Shown: positions 24,915 through 38,402, counted from the first letter of the whole stretch. The stretch is DNA of 63,922 bases, filler included, from Olpidium bornovanus S191 (GCA_017911155.1; 31 parts of 31 records of this genome joined end to end with filler, not necessarily neighbours in it); one strand, 5' to 3'. Notes: generated by a model from the sequence alone, not told the origin. Program-made: numbers and translations.

Positions 24915-26074
24915 CATGATCACGTTAAAAAGAATGAAGACTCGCGCATCTGTGCCAAAACTAGAAACAGGAATGCCTGCGGCTAGATTCACCCTCCCAA
25001 TTGCCTCCACAGTATTCCGCGAAAACGCGTCCCTGCAGCAGCTGTTCCAGGCTTCCAATGCTGCCAGCAGGCGCAGGTCGCCCGCTCGGACATCGCCGTT
25101 CACTTCAAGATCAGACAATTTGTATATTGCCGCGACGAACGCAGGATACGCTTCAGCAGATTTGCACGTGATTCGGAAGGCAGCGGAAGAGCGTATAGTT
25201 TGCACCGCGGCCGGAAACTCCATCTGGGCGGATTCCGGGACGAGTTCGTCAAGGAGCGACAGGATCTTCGCGGACGGAAACTTGCGTTATCACCAATCAG
25301 CGAAAGCTACTTTATTCCCGCTGTTCCACTTACATCCAGATCCAGCAAGCAGATATGCCGGGATTTGAACCTGCGCGCGTTCGCAAGGTTCCAGTCATGC
25401 CGACGCCCACGCAACTTTCGCGATCCCAAGGTGAGGTCCGGCTTCCTTCGTACCAGTCAACGCGAGGGTCCACCGCTGCAAGGAGTTCCCGACGTCTTTG
25501 AAATAATGCCACTGCGAATCCGGTTTCTTCGTTGGATGGCGGGAGCCGGCTGGCGTGACTAGTTGTTCTGCAATTTTCGTCCACTTGCTTAGCGAAGCCA
25601 AGAAGGGCGTTAATCGCGACGTCCACCTCACTATAGCGTGCAACAGGCGTGAGCCGCGCGTATAGCTCAGGGAGAACGAAACTGCAACGGCAAATAAAGG
25701 ACTGGTCAGCAGAGCACCCATGGGCATCGCAGCGATAAGAAGTGGACAGCAATTTTTTTTTTTTTTGTTTTCCCCCTCGCCCAACTCGTGTCTGTCGAAG
25801 CGGCAGGAGCGTCTGCAAAGAAGTCGACGAAACTGCGCGCAGCCTCCATGGCGATCTCGGCGAACAGGTGGTGCTCGGCGTAGCATAACGCGGAAGAGAG
25901 CGAGGCCACGGCCGGCGGCGGCCTCAGGTCGTCGGCAAGGCTCGAAGCGGACGCCTTCCGCTTTGCGCTCCGCATCAGCGCCAGCAGGCGGGAGGACACC
26001 GCGCAGCTCTGCGGAGGTAGACCCTTCCCGCCGTTCGCTAGCCGGGCACGGCGGAGTTCCGTGCGCGGCGCCAT
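24915..26074 (-). CDS. Hypothetical multi-exon helical protein, partial
   Basis: Protein-like stretches (ELYARLTPVARYSEVDVAINALL, RVDWYEGSRTSPWD, AFVAAIYKLSDLE) are separated by plausible introns. No family recognised. Confidence 0.45.
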
Positions 26075-26234
26075 GGCCGTGTCGTCTGGAAAAAAAGATT
26101 ATCTGACGGGGAGAAAAAGAAAAGAAAAGTCAATCACTTGTTGTCATTTGCATGCACGGCACTCCTTTCTGCGCACTCAAGCAGAGAGAAAGACTTGGCC
26201 AGGTGCACAGGTACCGCCAAAAACAAAAAAAAAA

Positions 26235-26281
<47 letters not shown>

Positions 26282-26559
26282 TATGCCGGCGCCCGCAAAG
26301 AAGAAAAAAAAAAAGATGCGGGCGCGCGCGATGCCGCCAAGAGAGAGAGAGAGAGTGAGAGTAAGAGTGAGAGAGAGAGAGAAAAGAAAAAGAAGTCGGC
26401 GCGCGATACCGGCAACGAAGGAAGGAGAGAGAGAAAAACAGAAAGAGAGAGAGAGAAGAGAGAGAAGAGAGAAAAGGAAAAAAAAAAAAAAAAAAAAAAA
26501 AAAGGATTGCGGGCGCACGCGTGCCGGCAAGAGAGAGAGAGAGAAAGAGAAAGAGAGAG

Positions 26560-26845
26560 ATGCCGGCCGCGCGCGATGCAAGGAACGAAGGAAGGAAGAA
26601 AGGATGGCAGCGCCCGGTCAGCCGTTACACACCGCCACTGTCCGCCATACTGTTTTACAGGACAGAACTGGGCAGGTACCCCGCACAACGCCACTTTCCG
26701 CCGCCAACCCCTTCCTTCCTTCCTTCCGGCGGCCCTCCCACAAAAGAAAAAGAAAACATAATAATATTCAAAAGAAAAAATACCGGCCCCCTCCTCCCGT
26801 TCTTCCTTCCCTCCGACCTTCCTTCCAAAGCGTCAAAAATTCAGG
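26560..26845 (+). repeat. Dispersed non-coding repeat, copy 1 (copy 2 at 32222-32519 on the minus strand)
   Basis: Collinear blocks GATGCCGG..GCGCGCGAT.CA.GGAACGAA, GGTCAG.CG.T.CACACC.CCA.TGTCC, CAGAACTGG.CAG, CAACGCCAC.TTCCGCCGCCA and CCTTCCTTCCAA.GC..CAAAAATTCA are shared by both copies. Confidence 0.85.
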
Positions 26846-27857
26846 GGTTCTGATCAACCGCCCGGTCGCGGCACGTACGCCATGTACCTGACGTCATCCC
26901 CCTCACCTTGGCGACAGGCGTGTAGAAACGCACAGTAGGATGACCGACACAATGTGCACTTATAGCAATCGCAATGGTGTGACGGTAAACCAAGTCAGAA
27001 AAGAAGAAGGGGAAGACCAGATCAGATCATGTGCCCTGGAACACGCCGTATCCTCTCGCCGTCAACTTTGTCGTCTTCGTCCCTAACGTCTTCGTCTTCG
27101 GCTGCGCGCTCCGACGCCTCGGCGACATGCATTCCCATGTGCGCGACAGAGCCATCGAACTTGAGATGCGAAGCAACGTCTTGGTCAAGCGTTCGGCGAC
27201 GTTTTTTGTGCGTCCGGATGAAGCTCAGTGAAGCACCTCGGACGATGACCGTCACAGGATTGAAGTGGAGGACCCTGCGTCGTCAACTGGCCAAACTCCA
27301 AGCGTACGCGCAACGTTAAAAAGCAAGACGCGAAGAAGATGCCAGCACGCGCGACGACCGAGTCCAGCAGTTCCTGAACGAAGCACCAGTAACTACGAAG
27401 GCGCTGACCTAGCCAGGCCGCCGCCAGCGAGACGTCGTTCTGGCTTATTTTAACGGAATCCTAAATGAGGAGCTATACATGNNNNNNNNNNNNNNNNNNN
27501 NNNNNNNNNNNNNNNNNNNNNNNNNTTAATTAATTAANNNNNNNNNNNNNNNNNNNNNNNNNNNNNNNNNNNNNNNNNNNNAAAAAAAAAAAAATAAATG
27601 ATAAATAACGCAAAAAAACAAGAAAAGAAATAATTAAGATATAAATAAGGCAAAAAACCAACAAAGCCGCTGAAATGGAATCGGCCGGGGGAAACGGCCG
27701 ACAATTAAAAAAAAAATAAGATAAGAAGGACCGCCATGGCCGCCGGCGGCCGCAATTCCCCGCTGTGCGCGAGGACGGGGGAACAGGGGCGCGCGTCGGA
27801 CGACCGGTGGTTCCCCCCAACCCCCATCCCTTCTCCCCGCCCTCCAAAATAAATCCT

Positions 27858-29053
27858 CTACCTCGCCCGCACGTGGGCTTCGCAGACCGCGAACTGCTCC
27901 CCTCCCGCGTCGCCCTCGCGGCGCCTCCGTTTCGCATTCTCGCCCGGGGGGACGGAGGATCCTTCGACGTTCTCGTCCCTCGCGCCGCGGCGCAGCAGCC
28001 GCCGCCGCTTCCTCGCCAGAAGCTCGGCTGCGCCGCGGCCGTTCCCGCGGTTTTCCTTCCGCGCCGCCGCCCGTCGTCCCCCGCTCGGGTCTCGGTTCGC
28101 TGCCGCCGCGCCCGGCCTGGCGGCGGCCGTGCCCGAGGCGGCCGCCCCGGACGGACCGTCGGGGCTTTGCGCCTCTTCCGCTTTCCGCTTCTTGGCCGAC
28201 GCCAGATCGGCGTGGCCGCCGACGCCGTCGCCCGCTCCGATCCCGGCGGCGGCGGTTCCGCGTTTTATCGTCGACGGCGGCCCGCGGAGAGGTCGGGCGC
28301 CGCCGGAGGGAACGGCGAGCGGCAGCCGGTTGGCGCAGCGGATGCCGCAGGGGCCCGGCGCGGAACCCGGGTGGCGGTTCGCCCGCTTCGCTTCCGCAAA
28401 AGGCGTCCCGCCGCGGCCGCGGCCAGGATGGGAACTCGGCCGGACCATGCGGCGGGACCGGCTCCCCTGATCAGCTTCGTCGTCTTCCTCCCCGCCGGGG
28501 ACGTATCCGTCGCCTCCGATGATCTCGAGCCCCGATATTCGGAGATCGGTGCCGTCGCCGGCCGTTCGCCGCGGGCCGCAAACCTTCACGACCTCGCCGG
28601 GCGTTGCCGCGGGTCGCGTGGCCTCCCACGCGCTTATTTGGTCGACGGCAGCGGCCGGCGGCGGCGGCAGGGGCCTTCGGATGGAGCCTCGGCAGGGCTT
28701 GGACGCCCCGGGGGTGGGCGAGGAAGGGGCGGAATCAGGGTCTGAAATGATCTCGTGGCGCGGCCGCTCCGTCCTCCACTTCGGCTCGGTTGGCGAGGGG
28801 GGAGACCGGGCGCCCGCCGGGGTCTCGTAGCCGCTCCCGGATCCCGCGTCCGCCGCGGCCCGGGCTCCGGCCCAACAGCGGCGCGGCGGGCTCGAGCGCC
28901 CGCGGTCGACGCCGCCGCGAGCGAAGCGGCCCCCGTCGCTCAGATCCTCATTGGCGTCGGACGCCCAGGGCAGGGAGTCTCCGGACGACAGGCCGCCGGC
29001 CTCCCTCGCGCGGCTCCCGTCGCCACGCGCCCCCGGGCCGCCGGCGCCGAGAG

Positions 29054-29087
<34 letters not shown>

Positions 29088-29222
29088 CGGCGGCGCGGTG
29101 GGAGGGGGAGCGGGAGCGTGGCGGCGCGCGCGGCCGCCGCCCGACGAGGAGCGGGCGGGCGGGGCCGAGGCCGGCGGTGTCCGACCGGCGGACCCGGCCT
29201 GCGCGTCGTCCGTTCCCGCCAT
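27858..29222 (-). CDS. Hypothetical low-complexity Gly/Ala/Pro/Arg-rich protein
   Basis: Long open frame from ATG 29222 after a poly-A leader; NLS-like AKKRK and RKRRR. An ORF of this length could also arise from very high GC. Confidence 0.35.
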
Positions 29223-29757
29223 GTTTCTCACCTTAAGGTTAGCGGCGTGGGGCGTTGAATTTTTTTTTAATTTTTTTTTTAATTTTTTTTTTTTTTTTTT
29301 TCCTTCCCTCCAAAACCTTTCCCCCCACGCACGCGCGCGCGCGCGCGAGAGACTTGCCAAACTCAGCGGGACCTCACCTCGCGATTTGCCCGGAGTTGAC
29401 AAAGAAAAAGTTCATCTGAAAGAGTCAATTATTTTTCGTCCGATAATGGTTAACTCACGACCGACTTTCCTCTCAGTCGGACGCCTGTAGGATGAGGCCG
29501 CGTGTTGTTGTGACAAACGCGCGGGGGTGCGCTTGCCGTGTATCATACCCTGGGGGGGTCGGCCGGCGGTGGGCAGGTTTCCTCGTTCTCGTTTTTTTTT
29601 TTTTTTTTTTTGGTTTTTTTTTTTTTCTTTTTTTCCTTTTCCTTTTCGGTCGGCACGCCCGCCGTCCGCTGACAACCCCGCATGAAAGAAAAAAACAAAA
29701 GCGGACGGAGAGGAGATGCGGGCGGGCGGGGGGGGGGGGGGGGGGGGGGGGGAAGGG

Positions 29758-29814
<57 letters not shown>

Positions 29815-31204
29815 GGATAAAATGGATCTCGGTCGAGTATGGCGGGGNNNNNNNNNNNNNNNNNNNNNNNNNNNNNNNNNNNNNNNNNNNNTTAATTAAT
29901 TAANNNNNNNNNNNNNNNNNNNNNNNNNNNNNNNNNNNNNNNNNNNNCTCCTTAGAGCCGATAGCAGTGAAAAGGGGTTGGGGGGAAAGCCTGCTTCAGC
30001 ACACCCCCCTTAGAACCTGTGGACCAAAAATCCTCAGCATAAACCTCACGTTTGCCTACAAAGCATGCTACACTCACACCTACCAACATCAAGTACTTGC
30101 GCAACATTGTTTGCATGGATGATCACCCCGCTGCTCTGCTCAAAGAGCTTGGAAGGTGCCGTTACAGCAACCAAGTTCAGCGTTTTCTTGCAAGAACCGG
30201 TCCATGATGCGCAGCCTCTGTGCACAAACGATGACCGTCATCGAAAGAAAGGCCTTGCATGGACCCTGGAGAGCGCGAACGAGAGTGTCCACAAGCCGGA
30301 GACCGACCAAGGACAGGGGAAGTTGGCGGCATGCACAGTTTGAATCACCACAGCCAAAGGCAGGCAGGGAAGTGGGGGCTGCAGGGGCAGCGCCAATGTG
30401 GGCGTGTGTGTCGGGCGTGTGTGGGGGAAGAAGGGGGGAGAGGGGGGTGTGCCGGCGAGGAGGGGCGGAATTTTCTCACGAACTGGGAGGAAACCGCATG
30501 AAGCGGGGGGCCTCCTCTCCCTTCTCTCGCACGGCTCTTTTTTCCGGCGGCACCACCGTCTCCTTCCGCCTTCCGACGTCTTCCCTGTCCCACGCGCGCC
30601 CCGCAGAAAACCGCCCCGCGCGAACACTCCGCCCGCGAGGAAAGAGGGGTAAGGGGTCGAACATTCTGCGTATGCCGGCCGCTTCGCGAAACTGGACTTG
30701 CTTCGGGGCCCCGACTTGCGTTATTTTTTTTTTTTTCTTTTACGGGGTCTGGGAAGCCAACCGAAGTAGGGCCTGCCCGTTCGATAAGCTGCAGGCAGAA
30801 AACGTCCGCGGGTCGGACCTGCGTGTGTTGGGCCCGGCGTCGGCAGGGATGGGAGAAAGGAACTAGGGGCTGTCGCTTTCTCTTGCGAGATTTATGAAAT
30901 TGCCCTCCTTTGCTCGCAAACAGCCGCCGAGCGCACAACGCACGTCGGGTCACGGTGATTAGATACTTTGCTCCCGTTCGCGGTTGAAGGAGATCGACTT
31001 TCTGTGAGCCCGGTAACCGACGATCAGACGGTAGTTAGGAGCGGCGCGGGGAAGTGGGGGAGGAAGGTTTCGGGCCACGCGAAACCCCTCCCGGTCTGTC
31101 GCCCGGCTGGCAAGCTCACGCTCGAACTCGCGCGGTGCGCGCGGCGCGCGACCTTCGGATAAGCGTGACTCTCGGCTGCTCGGACTTTGAAGAAAAGAAT
31201 CAAA

Positions 31205-32097
31205 ATGGCTGCACAGCTGTACAAAACGACTTCCGGCCGTCTCTTCCACGCAGGGACGATCGCACTCGTACTCGTCGGGTTGGTTTCTTTTTATTTTGGT
31301 TTTTTTGCTCAAGAGCGTTCTGATGACGCGGAGGGGAGACGGCCAAGTCGCGGAATTTCGGTTGCCGCACGTTGGCGCTTTTCGATCGGATTATCCGGTC
31401 GCCGGTAGTCGCATATCTTACCCTCCGTTTTTTTTTTTTTTTTTTTTGGTTTTTTTTTTTTTTTTTTTTTTTTTGCGGTGGACGAACTCCCCGGGAAGAC
31501 TGCCGGCCCGGGGCAAGACGCACGTGGCAAGGTCGCTGAGACGATACTTGCGATGGCTGGGAGTTCAGACGGAGGTCTTCTCGCTGGGAAACAAGAGACG
31601 CGAAGTTGTCGACATTAAAGTCGACAGTTCTTTTTTTGATCCCGGTAATTGCTGGCTGGCCGCGTTTGCGTTTAAAACGGCAACCGGCGAGTGCCGTTTC
31701 TACCGTAGTGCTGGAGATTTACGTCGCATTTTTTTTTTCTATGCCGTAGAGAACGAGAACACGCGAGCCTTGCGAGAGGAACTGAACGAGATGGCCCTAA
31801 ATGACATGCTGCGTTATTTCGAGGAAGGAGGCCAGATTGGGATTTTTGACGCCAGCAACACCTGCCCGAAACGTAGGAACTATCTGCTGAAAAGGCTGAC
31901 GAGGCTCTCGGTGTCGGTACGCGCACGGCACCTTCTTCAAAAGTCCTTTTACACACCGCTTGTAGTCTTTAGCGAACAGACGCGACTTATCCCGCTCTTA
32001 CATGTGAATTTTTTAGGTGCTCTTTATCGAAAACATTTGCACCAACCCCGAGATTGTTGCGGCGAACATCAGGAGCGTGAAGCTGACGTCGCCGGAC
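31205..32097 (+). CDS. 6-phosphofructo-2-kinase (PFK-2/FBPase-2 family), partial
   Basis: MAAQLYKTTSGRLFHAG...VLVGLPARGKTHVARSLRRYLRWLG...IGIFDASNT...VLFIENICTNPEIVAANIRSVKLTSPD. Confidence 0.92.
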
Positions 32098-32221
32098 GTA
32101 CGTGCTGATCTAAATCAAATCNNNNNNNNNNNNNNNNNNNNNNNNNNNNNNNNNNNNNNNNNNNNTTAATTAATTAANNNNNNNNNNNNNNNNNNNNNNN
32201 NNNNNNNNNNNNNNNNNNNNN

Positions 32222-32519
32222 CATGAATTTTTGTTGCCTTGGAAGGAAGGACGGAGGGAAGAGGGGAATGGGGCGGTTTTCTTTTTTTTCGGCCAGCGGA
32301 AGGAAAGGGTGGCGGCGGAATGTGGCGTTGCGCCGGGGCTGGCCAGTTCTGCCTTACAAAAAGGTATAGAGGACAATGGAGGTGTGCAGCGTCTGACCAG
32401 GTCTTGCCGCCCTTCCTTCTTTCCTTTCGTGTTTCCTCCCTCCCTCCCTTCCTTCCGTCCTTCTTCCCTTCCTTTCTTCCTACCTTCATTCGTTCCCTGT
32501 ATCGCGCGCATCCGGCATC
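32222..32519 (-). repeat. Dispersed non-coding repeat, copy 2
   Basis: The reverse complement aligns by eye to 26560-26845, with an extra GA-rich insertion. Confidence 0.85.
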
Positions 32520-33342
32520 TTTTTTTTTTCCAGCAGCAGCTAGCGTGCCGGAATCTCATTGCTGCCGCCGCCGCCTGCGTTGCTGAACGTCCGACTCCCA
32601 AGTGTCATTGTAAGCTTCGGGGTCGAACGTTTCTTTCTATTCACTTCGCCTGGCGGTTCCTAGCAGTGCACGAAGCCAGCGACATTTAGGCCTGTGTCGC
32701 CCTTCTCCAGTCGGTGTTATTCCCTGCTTGTTACTCCTCCACATCGTTTCCCAATTACGTTTCGTAACGTTTTTGTTTGCTTTTTTTGGAAGCCCCTGGC
32801 TTTTTTCTGCAAAGATTTCTGTGACTGTTCCCCTTTGTTGTTTGCAGTAGCCAATTCTCCTCTTTCAATTTTCATTTCGCAATTATCCTTAATGATTCCC
32901 TGTTAAGACTTTTTGAGGGATTTGCGCAATGTCGTTCACGACCTTAAGAACGACATCCGTGTGTTCAGGAGAAACAGGGGGGCGTTATGATCGTCCTGCT
33001 CGCCCTCTGCCTAGTAGAGTGGGTATGAAGCTATATCCTTCCACCTCTTTGTGGGGTGGGGGGGGGGTTCCTAAAACTTGGCGAATAATTGTGTGCGCCA
33101 ACCTCTCAACTATGTCTGGAGCACCGACATCGCGGATTTGGTCAGGGGTGAACCCTTGAAGTGATTCACTGAATTCACGTCATCGAGCACACGGCACCTC
33201 AGACGAAACTTACCAATAGCTGAGACTCCGGCTCGATGCATGNNNNNNNNNNNNNNNNNNNNNNNNNNNNNNNNNNNNNNNNNNNNTTAATTAATTAANN
33301 NNNNNNNNNNNNNNNNNNNNNNNNNNNNNNNNNNNNNNNNNN

Positions 33343-33451
<109 letters not shown>

Positions 33452-33754
33452 AATAACACGGACGTCGACGCAGAATATATCTGATATTCTTGTCTGAAAA
33501 AAATTCCCGGAGGATTCTTCGCTCCCATCCGCCTCGCCTTGTCGTCCAGCAGCAACCACGCGTTTTGTCCGGCGACTTCGGCAACAGCAGGCGGGTCTCT
33601 GTTCCGTACAACTTCGCTTTGACCACTTCAAATTCCGACCTGCGCGCGGTCACATCGGGTGCGGGGTCTGCCGCCTCACTTACAACAACGTGGTCTAGCC
33701 GGCGAACCGGCTTCGGCGTCGTTCACTTCCCGCCACTTTCTGCGTCGCGCTTCA

Positions 33755-35301
33755 ATGCCGAACATTTTCAACCGACTTGCCGGCTGGGAAGGAGCAGCAG
33801 GGGCCGGTGCGGGGACAAATCCCGCCTTCCACCGCGGAGGGCCGGCGGCGGATGCCGCGGTCGATCGACAGTGGCCTCAACCTCTTGACGGCGGCCATGC
33901 TTTTGCGAGCGGACGGCCAGTCTTGGCCAGTGGCTCACACCATCAGGCCGGTCGCGATCCCTCTTCCCCCCACGCATTCCGGGGCGGAGGAGGCTTGACG
34001 CCGGCAAACCATCAGGCCGGTCGCGATCCCTCTTCCCCCCACGCATTCCGGGGCGGAGGAGGCTTGACGCATTCGCTTGCCGGTGAAAGCGTTTTTCAGC
34101 CTCATAGTGGGGCCGCCTCACAGGGTATCCTGCCGATCGGTGTCCGGATACTCGTGGGAAAACGAGGATTCACCGTTGATCGGTACCTGGCTGAAGGTAA
34201 CACCCTCACAAGGCAGCTCTCGCGTTCATCGCCGTTAACCAGATCAAGTATAGAGCCACTCACCTCCGGTGACGCCTGGTTTCTATTCCTTTGGGGAGCC
34301 AATAGGTGGTTTTGCCCACGTATACGTCGGCAGACTGGACAGCGGGGAGGCGGCCGTGCTGAAACGTATAACTTGCCCTGATAGAGATGCGCTTTCGCCT
34401 TTTCTCAACGAGATTGAGATGATGGTCGGCTCGTGATCCTTTCTATAAGTTCCTGCAGAGTTGCTTTCTCCGGGGAAAACGGGGCGACGTTGACACTGAA
34501 GGAATATGCTTTGTCTAGAACAGCAGAAGCTGAACGGCCACCAGAAGATAGTGCGGTACTATGATTCACAAGTCTCTCAATTGCGGGAAGCCTTCGAAAT
34601 CTTGATTCTCATGGAATTCTGTCATGGTAGGGTATGTCATTGGTCATCTCCAACACGCGGGACTTTGTTTACATAGGGCCTCACTGGCCCGCTCCCACCT
34701 CCGTACTCAGTCGTACCGTGCGTTACTTCTATTTGTGCGCCTCGCAGGCGGTCCGGTCATAGATCTGATGAACCGCCGCTTGCAAAATCGGTTGACGGAG
34801 ATCGAAATATTACACATGTTCTCCGATATAGTCGAGGCAAGTGTGCGGCTCGAGCTTACTTCATGTAGCGGCATATTGACAGGGATTCAACTGGCCCTCC
34901 GTATCATCTCCAGGCGGTAGCCTATATGCATTATATGAAGCCTCCTGTTATCCACCGCGACTTGAAAGTGGAAAACGTGCTGCTCGATGGTTCCGGGGGA
35001 TACAAATTATGTGACTTCGGTTCGGCAACGACGCGAATCATTCCTCCTTTGGCTCCACTTGCTGTAAAGGACATCCAGCAATTGGAGGAAGAAATTTCGC
35101 GGCAGACGACTTTGCAGTACCGATCCCCAGAGATGGTCGATGTCTACCAGAGGCGTGGGATGACTGAAAAAATAGGTAGGTCAACTTACCGTCGATCGCG
35201 TTATTTTGGCGCCCGCCTCGACGATCGCATTGTTTATGCTGGCGCTCGTTCCGTGCTCTTCTGTGCGTACTCCCCGCGTGGGCCTCAATTCAGATATCTG
35301 G
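33755..35301 (+). CDS. ARK1: NAK-family Ser/Thr kinase (Ark1/Prk1, AAK1/BIKE-like), partial multi-exon
   Basis: LAEGGFAHVY, AVLKR, ILMEFC, VIHRDLKVENVLL, KLCDFGSAT, TTLQYRSPEMVDVY and DIW. Confidence 0.9.
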
Positions 35302-35454
35302 GTGGGTGCCATACTAGCCTGTGGTTGTCCGACAATGCAGATTTCGTTTCATGTNNNNNNNNNNNNNNNNNNNNNNNNNNNNNNNNNNNNNNNNNNNNTT
35401 AATTAATTAANNNNNNNNNNNNNNNNNNNNNNNNNNNNNNNNNNNNNNNNNNNN

Positions 35455-38100
35455 CTCGGCATTGCCGCGCTCAGCCGCTGTGCCCATCTTCAGCCGCTGG
35501 ACATCCGCGGACAAGGCCGCGATACGGTCCTTGCGCGTGTTGGCCAGCAACCGAATCTCTTGGTTCTGAATCATGTCTGCCTCGTCCCGGCTCGTCCGCA
35601 CCTCAAGCAGGTTTGAAAGGTGATCTCGGTTCGCCCGTACACGGTTCAGATCCGTCTCGAGACGCTTTATCGTGGCCTGAAGGGTCTCCCGGCGCGCAGC
35701 CTCCTCTGACTGTTTGTAATTCCGTCCAGAGAAACCGTACATGCGTAAGACAAGGATAAGCGACGACCAGCGTTCCGTGAACCTTAAGCATGCACCGTGA
35801 CAGACGTCCGATATGTCAAACCTCGATTTTTTCCATGAAAGCACGACGGGTTGCATTTAGCTCCTCCGCCTCCTTTTGTGCCTTTTCCAGACTTGACTTC
35901 GCGATCTCACATTCCTGCTTCAGGAAATTGCACTGCCCCTGCAAACTTCGGAACGCAGCAGTCTCGACAGCCTTTTCTTCGATAATTGCGGCGGGCTGCA
36001 AGCTCATGTCGTTACTGCCAAGCACGCCTGCGTTGGTACCGACCGTGAAAACCCGATAAGTACGTGGAAAGCACGTACCAGAATCTTCAGGTGGTCCAGC
36101 TCCAGCCGGATGTTCACCCGCTCTTCTTTCATATTCTCCAGCTCTGCTAGGCGGTCCGCGGCCAACTTTCGCAAATCGTCTAGCTGCTCCCGGACGTCGA
36201 CGGGAGCCTCCTCACCAGACGAATCGGCGAGTGCGCCAAGTCCCCCTTCGCCCGACCGCGTGGCAGAATGCCGAATCCTGTCCACTTTCTTCTCGGCCCT
36301 CATCAGCTCTTCGCGCGTGTCCTCCAACATGCGCGAGCATTCGTCGTGCTGCCGCCTTGCCAGCTCCAACTTGTCTTTGAGAGACGAGGACTGAAAAATG
36401 AACAAGAAAAAATTGTCAGTGGGCCGAAACACCAAAACGCTCCGGGCTACGGGCAGGGAGAAAGGATATTAACCTCCGCGGCCAGCGCGTGACATTTCGC
36501 CTCCAGCTCGTCGATGAGTCGCGAGTGCCGCGCGTACTCTGCTTTCGTCCGCTCCACCTCGTCTTCCAATGATGCGGCGAATTTCTTGACGTCTGCCAAC
36601 CTCACAAAGGCGACGCCCCCCGAACATGAGTATAGACGGTTATCGAGGGTTCGCGTTGCTTGTAAGCCGCAAAGCAGAAATCGTTTCGGGGTGAACCCAC
36701 CGGCACTCGACGCCATGTCCTCAAGTTTCCTGAACCATCGCGATGCATTCTCGACAACCTGACGCAACAGCACACCGACAAGCTCTTTCGCGTACGCCCC
36801 GCGTTGCCGCAGGCTGCGCAACGCGTCGTCCGTGTTTTCTTCCGTCACTTCAACCGTGCTCAGGAGCTGACGCAAGAACTTAGAGTCCAGCAACATCTTT
36901 TCTTCATTTCACAGATATGACCGGTGCGGCACAGAGCGCAAAAATAATGAGAAAACAATTCGGTGTCGCTTCCCAAAGTTTCAGGATTCGACGGCTGGAA
37001 CAACGCGTTGAGCACAAGCACATGCCACATACCGGATTTCCGGTCCTCCAGCCGGTCTGATACTCCGGCCCGCTTCAACAATAAGCGAAGATCGCTAACG
37101 AGCTGTGCCGTTCGCCGCCGAAAAACCAACAGTCGCGCAAAAATCGACTACACGTTGGTCCGGCTGAATTTTCACCTTTCTAGCTAACCGCGCAAACGCG
37201 AAACTACACAGATATCCCAACCCAAGCGTTCCCGGGTGCCAATCAAGGCGGCGCACCTGCTCCCAGCTCACGCTCAGGGCACTTAAAAATGTGTCGAAAT
37301 GCTGCTGTCTAGCTTCCAGTTCGGCCACGCGGGCCGACGCCCGACCCTCCAAGCGCCGGTACTCGTACATTTGCCGTAGTATCGCCTCCTTTTGGAACTG
37401 GAGCAGGCGGTCCTACGAAGCGCGCAGGGTACGGCAGAAGGGAAGGCGGGACACCCGCGACGAGTGCACGCGTCGGTTTGCGCGTTAGCTGCACGGAGAA
37501 CCCGCAACGCCAGCGGCATTCCGCACACCAGTAGCGGGGAGGGGGGAAGGGCGAAGGGCCGGTGGGGGGGGGGGGCGCTGTTGCCTCAAAAACCTGGCGG
37601 TTTACAGCGCAGCCGCGCAAGAAGGAGCCCCCCGCTGCGTAGACAAGCGGAACGCGCGTATCCGCGCGCCTTTCGCCGACGGGCACACGTAGGCAGCAGG
37701 CGCTGCACCGAGCGAACTGGGATAAACTGTAGTAAGGCCGCGAGGGAAGGGCACAAGTAGCGACGAGCAGGTGACCCACATCATCTTGAGCAAAAGAACT
37801 TTCCGTCGGGGAGCGAGAGCCAGAAGAAGATCCTCGTGGCGCCGGGGTCGTTGCGTTGGGAGAGGTTGCGACCGGGGAGTTTGCGGACATCGCTGCTGCT
37901 GCTGCTGCTCCTCCTCCGCCTCCACCTCCTCCGCCTCCTGTCGCCGCCGCCGCCGCCGCCGCAGCAGCAGCAGCCGCCGCGGTGGCGGCCTGGTGGGAGG
38001 CAGTCCACTGCTGCTTCTTCTTCTTCGGCGGCAGGGGCGTCCCGGCCTCCGTGGTGTCCGCCTCGTCGTGGTACCGCCGCTTCTTCCGTGGCTCCTCCAT
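35455..38100 (-). CDS. BRE1: E3 ubiquitin ligase Bre1 (RNF20/40), N-terminal and coiled-coil part
   Basis: LLQFQKEAILRQMYEYRR; EELMRAEKKVDR; KRLETDLNRVRANRD; LANTRKDRIAALSADVQRLK. Starts MEEPRKKRR. Confidence 0.88.
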
Positions 38101-38367
38101 GCGTCGCGAGCTCTGTGCAGGCCGTGCGTGCTGGAACGAACGGGGAACGCCTGTTATTTTTCTGGGTTCCCGCGCCCGCCGTTTCCTCCCCCCTCCCCCC
38201 ACCTCCCGCTCACCCACCGCCGCCCACCCCCCCCTCCTCCCTCCCCACACCCCTCACGCTCTGCCTCCGCCCGCGAGCCATCCCGCTCCTCGTCCCGCTC
38301 TGCGCGCGGACTCCGTTTCCTTCGGTGCAAAGTGGGGGTTGGGGGTTGGGGGGGGGGGGGGGGGGGG

Positions 38368-38402
<35 letters not shown>

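Noticed and set aside
29948-30345. SLEGAVTATKFSVFLQE, faintly like a Tc1/IS630 transposase
   Set aside because: The DDE motifs (MDNA..H, SPDLNPIE) are absent, so the match is too weak.
32900-33190. Protein-like minus-strand stretch (PDIVERLAHTIIRQVLGTPPP)
   Set aside because: It is probably an exon, but it is short, interrupted and unidentifiable.
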